Below, piece by piece: positions 11,355 to 22,466 of a DNA stretch of 64,000 bases. The stretch spans positions 10,726,001 through 10,790,000 of the forward strand of contig JBHGNT010000022.1 in the NCBI GenBank assembly GCA_043228905.1, written 5' to 3'. The notes beneath the pieces were generated by a model that was not told where the DNA came from, made no database searches, and saw only the letters and a program-made list of their open reading frames with translations. The DNA comes from Azolla caroliniana (Eukaryota > Plantae > Polypodiophyta). Positions within the stretch are counted from its first letter, which is position 1. Every line of letters begins with the position of its first letter. Made by a program: the position numbers and the translations under genes.

Positions 11355-11944
11355 GTGCGCACCAAGGAGTTGGTTGTAACCATCTCTTCCCCTTACGTTG
11401 GAGGATATCCTAGGATATCTACTTACGACCTTCGATTATCATTACGCGCAACACAATCACCTTGGTGTCTACCTCGAAGGACTGAGTGTAGACAGGTGTT
11501 CCTAATCGGTAACACATTTGGCACGCCTGGTGGGACCTATGTCTTCGTGCAGACGAACGACGACCGTTGTATGGTTAACCGTAGACGGCCTAGAGAACCG
11601 ACACGACCTGACAAACTGATCACAAGGTCCATCACACGGCTCGCGTAGTGTGCGCACCAAGGAGTTGGTTGTAGCCATCTCTTCCCCTTACGCTAGAGGA
11701 TACATTGGGATATCTGCTTACGACCTATGATTATCATTCTGCGCAATGCAATCACCTTGGTGTCTACTTGGAAGGACTGAGTGTAGACAAGTGTTCCTAA
11801 TCGGTAACACGTTTGGCACGCCTGGTGGGATCTGTGTCTTCGCGCAGACGAAAAACGACGGTTGTATGGTTAACCGTAGACGGCCTAGAGAACCGACACG
11901 ATCCGACAGACTGATCACAAGGTCCATCACACGGCTCACGGAGG
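11355..11944 (+). repeat. Tandem duplication (period 295 bp) of U5-PBS-leader of element C
   Basis: GTGCGCACCAAGG starts at 11355 and at 11650; two LTR ends and two PBSs. Confidence 0.9.
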
Positions 11945-11989
11945 AGCGCGCAAAGCAGAAGCCTCGCCTGAGTGCTTTCGGCCAGGAGC

Positions 11990-14900
11990 GCAAGCCCAAC
12001 ACACATTGCGGCAACTTGTACGAGGTGTCGTTACCACATACGTCTCGTGGTTCTTCCCTCCCCACAGGAACATCCACTGTGGCTTTCTCCTACCCCCGCT
12101 TCAACGGCGAAACCGACGCCGCAACTCATGTTCGCCTGTTCATGAATGTTTGGAATGCGAACCATATGGTGCAACGCCTTCCGGAAGAGGATGCACACCA
12201 GTTGAAGATGACGGAGTTTGGGTTAACCCTGGATGGCAGAGCCGCATTTTGGCACTCGTAGATGGATCTGCTAGCCATCAAAACTTTCGACGAACTTCAA
12301 TCGAACTTTGTACGATTCTTTCACAGGAAAGTTCTGCAACATGTGATTATCAGGCAGTTCTATACGATCAAACAACTGTCATCTGAGTCTATTGCCGACT
12401 TTAGCTTACGCTTCCAGAATCTAAGGCGAAAATTAGAAAGAGTCCCAACAGAGGATGAGGCTTGCGAAACATTTCTCGCAGCCTTGCGACGGCCGATACG
12501 GACTACCCTTAACAACAAAAGTGTAAAAGGAGAGACAGCGGATATGTTCATAGAATGAGCGTTACAACTTGAGCTCGATGAGGAGGAAGAAGCCTTTTCT
12601 ATGTCCTCATTACAGCAAGCGTTCCTCGTCTGAGTTACCTCAGGACGAGGAACGTCATTTCCGAGAAGCGATTCAATGTACCATTTGTCTCAATTCTGGG
12701 CACTCCGCGGTGGATTCTCACATGCGGATATACTGCCCAATATGTCACTCGAAAGCCCATACCATAGAGTAGTGCGAATATAATATGCTTAACAAACCTA
12801 CGCCGGTAGTAAGAAGCGTAGATACACAGCGCCCTCCACGCCGTAATGACCAGTGACGCCATTCAGAATGACCCAAGTATACAGAGCGTAATAGGCGCGA
12901 GGAATGGCAGTACCGAAATCACCGGAATTACAATGATTCCAAGGAAGAAGAGTAGGAGGAGGAGGAATACCGGAGTAATCGCCACTATAATAAGAATGAC
13001 TGCCAATATGACAACCATCGGTCGACGAACAAGCGTGGTGATTGTTATGATCTACCACCAATTTTACCGAGACTAGCAATAGACCAACAATGGTAGATCA
13101 TAACAATCCAGCAATTAAGTTGGTTCTTCAAGGGCAAGAAGTAGCCATATGCATAATTGATGGCGGATCTAGTGTAAATGTGATTAGCGCAAAGATATGC
13201 GAACAATTGGGCATTTCAGAAAGGGAAGCTTGCCCGTTTTGGCTTCGCATGGCGGATACACGATCGGTGAGGCCTTTAGGGTTAATCCGCAAACTTGGTA
13301 TTATTATCAGGGGTCATCACTTTGATATCTCGGCATTAGTGCTCGCCCTAGACGCACCAGAAGCGTACATGGTGCTGTTAGGAAGACCATGGCTCCGGTC
13401 AGCAAATATAAAGCAGAGCTGGAAATATAATTGCATAAGTTTCCGGCGAGGACGCGTGAAAGTTTGCGTACCAACGGAGGAGTTAACGGCGCAACCGAAA
13501 AACATGAAACCACTGTGCGTTGAGGACATCAATATGTTAGAAGGAGTGGATGATACGGAGTTGGAAGCTTATCTGGAGGAGCACCCAAGGATTATTCCAC
13601 TGTTTGAAATTGATGTCATAGAGACTACAGTAGATTAGGCTACGGCCGACCGGGAAGAGGCGTATGAACCAGATCCAACATCAATAATCGAACTAAGTAG
13701 GGCACGGGAGGCGTTTGAGAGGGAGATGGAAATTTCCCGAAGAGTCACGGCCTCCACATTGGAAGAAATTAACATAGGGACGTCATCAGATCCCCGACTC
13801 CTCTCTATAGCGAAGGAATTGTTACCGGCCCAACGGGCAATAATGATAGCACTACTTACAGAGTATAAGGATGTTTTCGCGTGGTCTCACGAGGAAATGT
13901 AAGGGCTAGACCCTATGTTCTATCAACATAAAATTAAATTGGCAACCGGTGCGAAACCAGTGCAGCAACGACGGTATTGGATGAACCCAAACTATGCGGC
14001 TCGAGTAAAAGAAGAGATAGATAAGCTCCTCAAAGCCGGATTCATTCGGCCAGTAAAACAAGCTACATAGCTCAGCCCTATAGTAGTTGTTCCTAAGAAA
14101 AATGGTAAAATTCGAGTATGCGCTGACTACCGAAAATTGAACGCAGTCACAGTGACAGACGTGTTCCCATTAACATTTACCGATAGCGTACTAGATGCGG
14201 TCGCAGGGCATGACATGTATGGTTTTTTAGACGGGTTCAACGGATATAACCAAGTACGCATGCACCCTGATGACCAGGAGAAAACGACGTTTGTCACCGA
14301 CTGGGAAGTCTACTTAGCTGTAGTGATGATGTTTGGACTTAAGACAACACCTGCGACATTCCATCGAACAATCACGGAATTTTTTGGAGAATACATACCC
14401 GCCTTCATGCAAGTATTCCTAGAAGATTTTGCGGTCTATGGGACGGCTGCCGAACATTTCCACCACCTCCGCCTTTCCTTGGAACGTTGCCGAGTTTCAT
14501 GTCTAAGCTTGAATCCCGCAAAATGTGCCTTTGGCGTCACTAGTGGAGCCCTTCTCGGTCACATTGTCAGTAAAGAAGGAATAGCAGTCAACCCAAACAA
14601 GATCTCCGCAATCATGCAAGCAAAAGTGCCCATGAATGCTAAAGCACTTAGCTGGTTCCTAGGGCAAATACGCTGGCATAGTAGGATGCTACGCTATCTA
14701 GTGGATTTTGCTACACCATTACACGTTGTTGTCCACCGTACCCCTTTTAAATGGATGGCAACAGAAGACAAAGCTTATGAGGCATTGAAAGTTATGTTGA
14801 CGCAAGCACCGGTCGTCCAACCACCGGATTGGGCAAAGCCATTTCACGTATTTGTCGACGCCTCAGACGTAGCAATCGAGAGCACGTTGATGCAACTCAC

Positions 14901-16010
14901 AGAGCCTAACTAGTACCGGCCAGTATACGACGCAAGCCGCAAACTATCGACAACAGAGCGCAATTATTCCACGACGGAGCGGGAAGCATTCTGGTGATTA
15001 TTGCAAAAAGTGTCATTTGTGTCAACGGTTGGGCCAGCCCACGGAGGGGGCAAGAATGCCTCACCAGCCCGTACTGCCATTAGATCCATTCCAAAAGTGG
15101 GGATTGGATTTTGTAGGCCCCTTCACACCGGTGGCAGCCCATACGGGCAATAAATACATATTGGTGGTTACGGATTATTGCACCAAGTGGGTAGAAGCAA
15201 AAGCACTACGGGAGAATACGGCGGCTGTCACGGCGAGATTCCTTTATGAACACATCTGGTGTCAGTTCGGTTGTCTGATTGAGCTTATCAGCGATCAGGG
15301 GAGTCACTTTCTCAATACAGTGGTTCATGAACTAACACATCATTACATCATGGTCCACAAGAAGAGTACGCCATATTACCCATAGGTGAATGGGTTGGCG
15401 GAATCCACCAACAAGATATTGCAGACCATATTAAAGAAAATCGTCAATCAAAATAGAATGGACTGGGATATCAAATTACATAGTGCATTATGGGCGTATA
15501 GGACCAACTACAAAACAAGCATACAGTCAAACACCGTTTCGACTAGCGTTTGGACTGGAGGCCATTATGCCAGTAGAATTTCAGATACCCAGTTTACAGA
15601 TTCAAGTACGAGACCGACTATCTGAAGCCAAGCCGAAGGAAGTACGACTACAACAGCTACTTGAAGTCGGCAAAACACGCGTACACAACATGGTTGTGTT
15701 GGAGCAGGAACAACGACGGCGTAAAGCGTTTGTGGATCGACATCGGAACACACGGGAAAAGTATTCTGTGGTAGGAAAAGCGGTACTAGTTTTCCAAACC
15801 CGCATGGGGCATATGCCAGGAAAATTACGATTCGCTGGACAAGCCCATACTGGATAGTAGGAGTAGAACAAGGCGCGTTTCAACTAGGCACGCTGGCCCG
15901 GAAGTGTTACGATAGAAAGTGAATGGGTTTCACCTTAAACCTTATCTGGGACCTACGCCACCTAACCCGCTCTCCATCGAACAGGACAAAGCCGGAGAAT
16001 CCGCGGAGTA
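11990..16010 (+). pseudogene. Element C gag-pol with many stops, frameshifts and internal deletions near 13085 and 14990
   Basis: Knuckle CTICLNSGHS, PR DGGSSVN, RT, truncated RH and INT fragments in the ORF track. Confidence 0.88.
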
Positions 16011-16352
16011 AGTAGACGGCCCCACGTGTATTATAGTATAAAAATAGTCTTGTATGTAACCGTTACGGAAAAAGAAAGAAAGAAGAGAAGATAGCGACGT
16101 TATTAAAAGGACTTAAGGTATGCACAGACATCTAGATCAAGAACACGTGGCACCATGATGGCTCACCGAACAAGGAACCCTAGGCCACAAAAAGAAGGAA
16201 ATAGAAGATTTTCTGCACAATACAGAAATCAACCTCCTAACTCTCAGCGCTCTCATCGCTCCCCTTCCTCACGTTCTTCTCCATCCTATCTCAGAGCTCA
16301 AGCCCACCGCAACCAACAGTCTTGATCCCCTAGCCACGAGCCTATTCCGACT

Positions 16353-18300
16353 ATGTCGATATTCATCTCTAACACCTTGCGTTGATGGATCGTGGAGAAA
16401 CGCTTGGATGGGTACATCAGGGTCGTGGAGGCACCTCCACACCCTGATGCACTAGACATCGCATGAAAGCTCAACATCGACACGATCACCAACTCATCCA
16501 TCCGGAAAAAGTTGGACCTATCATCACTGGTTGAAAGGCATTTCGAAATCCCTCCTGTGGAGTCTCTACAGAGATATTTCGGCCCATATTTCTCATCCGC
16601 CAAGGCATATAGAACGAAGGAGATCCCGGATCTCTTTTTCCGCGAAATCGCCAAGTTCCTATTGGAGGTCGGATGTGTACATGTAAACGCATATGGGATG
16701 CCCAAGCAGAAGGCATGTATCATCATTGATACCTTTGAAGGGCGTACGGTCGATTGGGGGGTCATCACAGGGCTAACGTTAAGAATAGGCCTACACGTGT
16801 ATCAAGGAGGCAAAAAGCTCAGGCCTATCATACAACAGTACCTGACGGTACTATTCCCACCCCGAGGCCTACCGGCACCACAACCCAGCAAGCCCAAGCC
16901 GCCGCCTCGATCTGTGAAGAGAAGGTTAGCAGAGTTAGCCACCACAGAGTGGGAGGATGAACCCCAACCCGCCGGGCCGAACACGCGAACAACGTAGGAG
17001 GAGTAGGTTGCACGCACCGAGGAAGCGGCAACGGAGCCAGAAGGTGAACCACGACAGGAAAGCCCAAGGCCGAAAAGGCGGAGACTAGACAAGAAAGATG
17101 GGCGAGGCTTAAGTAAAGACGCACTCACGGCTACGGAGACAACGACCGTGGGCAACAGGTACGGAGCTACGAAGCCCAACACTACCTTAGAAGTAATCCG
17201 GGAACCACGGCCAGCCGTTACGACCCAGTCATAGCGAGGGAAAGTCGTACTGACGGCGGAAAGCGAGGTCCTGGCTTATTCGGACATTCCAGCCACGGCC
17301 CATGAGTTCAGCGCATTATTAGAGTTCGGAATCTCTTTTGAACTCATGGAATATTTGGCAACGCAACAGATAAAAGTCTCACAACGAATGGCCGAGGAGC
17401 ACGCGGAGCGCCAAATGATTGAGTGCGCGTTAACACAAACGGCGGAGAGCGACAATGTGGAACGTTGGTATACGCCGAATGGGGATGGAACTACCCCCAT
17501 TAAACGTCTCCCTTGTTGAAGTTCATAGGGAACTGGCAAAGGTCAAAATGGGCGCCAAGGATATGGCAATTAAAAATAAAAATGTCTGGAAAAAGGTTAA
17601 ACTGACCCAAGCCAAGCTACAAAAGGCCAATGAATGCATTGCGGAGTTGGAAAGTAACGCGACTATGGCGCAACAAGCAGATCCCCCAACAACCAACCCC
17701 GTCGAAGCCTTGAGGGAAGAAATTGAAGCTCAGACCGCCATTGCCTCAAAAGTGAAACGGGTCGTGCAGCTGCCAGAATCAGAGATTGACCATCTCCGCG
17801 CTGAACTTCGCCAGTCCTCAGACAGAGAAAAGGACATCCGGGCCAATGGCCGAAAGGTAGTGAAGACCCTTGAAGAGAAACTCATAGCGGATGCAGCACA
17901 GCACACCCGGACGAAAGAAGAAAATACCCAATTACGGGAGGAAGCGAAAAAATCGGAAGTGGCAATCGCGGGACTCCGGGCCTTATTAGAGAAGAAGAAA
18001 TCATGGTTCGACGAGCAGCTAATAGGGGAACAAGAGGAACCTTAGCCCATCTCACTGGGAAGAACCACTACGGTGTACAGCTCGGAACGGCAAGCGGAGT
18101 CGCCTGCGATACCAGAAAGCCAAACCGCCGAATAAGAGGAACCCCAGCCTCACTCACCAGAGCGCACGACTACGACCGGCAACACGGAGGTTACGGACGA
18201 AACAGAACCCCGACCTACCGCGAGCCTGCCTACGGCGGAACCGACCACCATAGCACACGATGAGCCCGCAAAGCCCGGACCACCGACACAAGAAGCCAAG
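16353..18300 (+). pseudogene. Element C extra ORF downstream of integrase (globular N-part, coiled-coil C-part), degraded
   Basis: ORF pieces 16512-16997 and 17455-18045; in-frame ATG at 16353 followed by stops. Confidence 0.6.
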
Positions 18301-18439
18301 TACGCCATAGGTAGCCCTCTTGAGCAGGTAGTGGAAGCACGTACCAATGCGCCTACGGACACTACGCAATCCCCGAACCCGGCCACTGGAGTAGAACCAA
18401 ACATGTGGGCCATTTTGGAGGAAGATTAAAGGGGTGGGT

Positions 18440-18926
18440 CCAACGTGCCATGGCACTGTCCCACAGGCGTGCCAAGTGTTGTCCGCCGAAATAGTAACCG
18501 ACGGACAAGAGCACAAGAATATAATATAGTAAAAATTGTAATGCATGTTAACGGTTCACGCGGGAAGTGTGAACGGCTAGAAAGACCATGTGTATATAAA
18601 GGGCAGAAATCCTCTGATAGAGGTAGCGTGTAATTAGAAGAGTGGAAGGCCTGTTTGATTCGAATATATTACTATCTTCTCGGAGTTTTGGTGTCTGTTT
18701 AGTTTTCATTTATTGCTATCTGCTCAATTCATAGGTATCGTAGCTAAGCGTAACGACGCACGCAGTGTGCGCACCAGGGAGTTGGTTGTAGCCATCTCTT
18801 CCCCTTACGCTGGAGGATACGCTGGGATATCCTCTTGCGACCTACGATTATCATTCCGTGCAACGCAATCGCCTTGATGTCTACCTCGAAGGACTGAGTG
18901 TAGACAAGTGTTCCTAATCGGTAACA
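18440..18926 (+). repeat. Element C 3' LTR (start approximate)
   Basis: 18766-18926 matches 11355-11514; purine tract at ~18418-18438; TATATAAA near 18593. Confidence 0.7.
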
Positions 18927-20109
18927 ATCGGCTTTCGATCGGATTCGTATTCGGCCGAATCGGACTTGGTTGATCGGTTTTGACTGAGTTGGCCCCCTAC
19001 TTTCGATCATTTCTAGTGGTTGATGGACCATTTCGTGTGATGGTTCTTGACCAAGTCTTTGAAGTCCGATGTTTTGCTCAAGCTGATTTGTGATTCCCAC
19101 ATGTGGTATTTGTGGCATTCCACCATTCCTTTCCATTCCTTTCATAAATATATTACAAGCATTTGTTACCTCATTCGAATATGCAATTATACCATCCCCG
19201 GTATTTGGTACTTCAAGCATAAATTTCAGTTCTTTTCTATATCTCCTGTCAACTGCCTACAAAAATAAAGCAACCTTTTGCAAAGACAAATAAGTTCTTT
19301 CTTCTGGCTTTAACTGTCCATACAATCTATCAAACTCTTTTTTCATGTAAGCCACAGATAATCCTTTATTTTCTTTTATGACCCATTCATGGAATGAACG
19401 CATAGTAACGCGAGAGAAATCTTCACGAGAATATTAAGACACAACTGCTTCTTTGAATGCATTCCAATCCAAACTATGCAATGCTTGTAATTCACGAATT
19501 CTATCTCTTAATTCCATGTCCACAAATTTATAAAAGTTTGCTATCATATTGACATCATCCACACTAGACATTTCCATTTCATCATAATATATATTGACAT
19601 ACTTTGAAATATGTGTGCCATCAAACACACCAATCTTCTCTCCGACTTCTCGTAAGGCATGAAATAATTGATCTTGATTCAATTTTTCAAGAAACGACCT
19701 TACCATTGTACTCGTACTTGCCATGTTGATGTTAATCTTCACTTTAGATGTCTCTTCTACTTCCTCGTTTCACGTTGGGTTCATCAAATTGTGTCGTAGC
19801 GTGGCTCGCCTAGAAGCGTAGCGTTGCGTACACAAAAGATATCGTGAAAGTGAGGAAGGAATCATTGGGATTATGGACGGAAAAGACAAAACAGTAGAGA
19901 TAGAGTAAATAGAGATCAACAAGATATGACAAGATAGGATATAGAATGATATGTGAAGGAATAAAAGAAATTTATAATTATTGGATGAAAGAGTTACAAA
20001 AGTGATTGCGAGTGTTGTTGAACTGTCGAACTTTGTCTCATAAGATAATCACTCTTCTCTTTCTTGATAGTAGGCCACAACAATCATCACTTCAATATTT
20101 TGATGAAGA

Positions 20110-20170
20110 TAAGACTCGAACCACCTCCCTTTTGTTGAGAGTTGAGCACCACGACCGCCAAGCTAGAGCT
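20110..20170 (-). promoter_or_regulatory. tRNA-like A/B-box module in LTR of D
   Basis: TAGCTTGGCGG ... GGTTCGAGTCT on the minus strand. Confidence 0.55.
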
Positions 20171-20473
20171 TCTCTTGTGTGTTAAACTTTTTCCCTTATT
20201 TCTCTATTTCTTGTATCTCTTATGTAATATAATTCTATTTGATTGATATATCATACAATATAGTTCTTCAATTTCGATTTCTTCGATAACCCTTGTGGCC
20301 ATACTCCCTTCTCCTTGTATAGGGAAGAGATGGTTCTACATGTGGGCCATGTGGTGCACATGCAGAGAGGCTCTTGCATGTATGTTATATGGTGCACATG
20401 GAGTACATTTCATGGTTTCAACCATACAACCATACAACACTATAACACATACATATTTTATATACATTACAAG

Positions 20474-20710
20474 TATAGCCTAATGGTAAGGTTTGAATGC
20501 CATAAGGTTGGGGTTGTTGCTTCAAGTCCTCTTTTGCCCATGTAATATGCTATATGGTGTGCATGTAGTGTATTACATGGTTTAGACTATAAAATTCTAC
20601 TTCAAATAAAGTAACGCGTATAATCTCATGTAAATTATCAATATAGGCTAAATAGTAAGGTTTGAGTGTCATAAGGTGGGGGTTATTGGCTCAAGTCCTC
20701 TCTCGTCCAT
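20474..20710 (+). promoter_or_regulatory. Two tandem degenerate tRNA-like A/B-box modules in LTR of D
   Basis: TAGCCTAATGGTAAGG..GCTTCAAGTCC and TAGGCTAAATAGTAAGG..GGCTCAAGTCC, about 170 bp apart. Confidence 0.55.
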
Positions 20711-20886
20711 GTAATGTAACATATATTTCTTTGTATTTGCCTCTACATATAATGTATAATATTATCATAGTGTGTTGTTAATATTATCTTTATGTATAAA
20801 ATATTATCAAGATTTATTTTATTTTAGTTACATATTTATCTTATTGTAGACTGTTAATGTTCACGAAGCTTTCGTACTTCACGACA

Positions 20887-21860
20887 TCGCTACCATTCTC
20901 CACAATTTGCTTGATGCTAAAATTACACACAAGAGGCTTGCGGATCTTCATCGCCTAGAGTCCTCCAAAAAGTTCTGTGTTGGGGATCGTGTATGGCTTC
21001 TCCACCATAACATCAAGACCACTCGAGCTTGCGGTAAATTGGATTACCAACGTTTTGGCATGTACATGATCACTGGTAAGATAAGTGATGTTGCATTGTG
21101 TCTTGGCATGCCTCTGCACATGCGTCTTCATCCAGTGTTTCATGTATCCCTTTTGGAACCTTACACTACTAGTTCAATTCCGGGCCATCTTACAACTCCC
21201 CCACCACCTGTTGAGTTCTTGGAAAGACCCGAATTTCAGGTTGTTGCCATTCTTGATTCAGGTTGTATTACTTGGTTGATTGACTAGGCTATACCCCTAA
21301 TGACCAAACTTGGGAACCTACAACAAATCTTTCAAATGCCGCAGACATGGTCACCACATTTCATCGCCAATATCCTCGTACAAACCCTATAACTTGTGAG
21401 ATGTGTCTTCGAAGAAAGGGAATAGTCATGATGATACTCATATTATGCCTCGAAAGGATTTGAACCCACAACCTTGTTATACACATATCAAATCCTTAAC
21501 CATTGTAATAATATGTTCATATGTATAGTTGTTAGAACATATAATCTAATATCATAAGAATATTCTATATCACTCTACATTCTAGAATGACCTAGAATAT
21601 TTTGGAGTGTTCTATATACTAGAACCTTCTAGAATACTCCATAAACCTTCTAGATTACTCTATACTCTAGATTCTAGAATGTCCTAGAATATTCTAGAAT
21701 GTTCTATATTATTCTACAAGGACTTACAAATAGGGATCTATCAATCATCCCAAAACCAAATTGGTTCAACGTCATTCTATAGCTCTCTTTTGCCTACTCT
21801 TTGTAATATGTCTTGCAATGCAATATAATACTTTACTTTCAATTCTCTCTCTTTGTCTTA
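20887..21860 (+). mobile_element. Chromovirus (Tcn1-like) remnant E: integrase C-terminus, chromodomain, PPT ~21411-21425, 3' LTR
   Basis: VGDRVWL..KLD..RFG..HPVFHVSLLEPY, then YLVD*LGY...TWEP..NL. The LTR holds TTCTAGAA repeats and an antisense B-box GGTTCAAATCC at ~21455. Confidence 0.82.
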
Positions 21861-21880
21861 ACACTCTCTCTCTCTCTCTC

Positions 21881-22422
21881 TCAACTATTAGATACCCCGG
21901 ATATAAAGAAACTAGGTAGGTATATTTTAGAGCTAAAACAACATAGTGAGAATAAGCTACAAAGTGTTAACCATAACCCTTTTAATATTCATCAACATGT
22001 AAGTAGTGTAATTTTTCAAGAACAAAGGGAGATGATGAATGTGGATACACTTATGCCACTCGGCCTCTCTCTTGAGAAAGCAGAAATGCAAAGAACAACC
22101 AAACGCCCTTGGATGTTGGGCTTCAAAACAACTCAACGTGGAGTAGAAACGATTAAGATGATAAGGAAATGTGACCTACGCCGACTTAAAGTTATGGTTA
22201 GGGAACCTTGTACATTGGAACCACAGGGGGCCACATCCACATCGAAATCCTTTGACCTCCTACTTCTTGAAACTAGGCCTAGTATAAAGCCATTTCATTG
22301 TAGAACATGTTTGTTATTTTACTAGAACTATTTAGCTTAAGATCTATTTCTTTTTTCCTTCTTTTTTTTCCCATTTTGTTGTAAACCAATTGTCTCATGG
22401 GCCAATTTTGGCCTTAGAAGAC

Positions 22423-22426
<4 letters not shown>
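21881..22426 (+). mobile_element. 5'-truncated RTE/RTEX-like LINE copy between (CT)n tracts
   Basis: Matches ~26035-26614; ends GAAGACGTTA then (TC)n at 22427-22463. Confidence 0.85.

Positions 22427-22463
<37 letters not shown>

Positions 22464-22466
<3 letters not shown>

Larger units (their letters stand above)
11355..18926 (+). mobile_element. Degenerate Gypsy element C (related to A, Tat-like PBS) with a 3' extra ORF; 5' LTR interrupted by A
   Basis: LTR end ..GGTAACA at 11514, 11809 and 18926; PBS TGGCACGCCTGGTGGGA at 11519 and 11814; gag and pol fragments homologous to A. Confidence 0.9.
18927..20886 (-). mobile_element. Fragment D of a tRNA-Trp-primed Gypsy: LTR 19792-20886, PBS 19769-19786, gag remnant from 19724
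   Basis: LTR TGTCGTGA..CGACA resembles element N; PBS has 2 mismatches to TGGTGAACCCGACGTGAA; gag IGVFDG..DWNAFKEA is homologous to N gag VGFFDG..SWVSFKEA. Confidence 0.82.
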
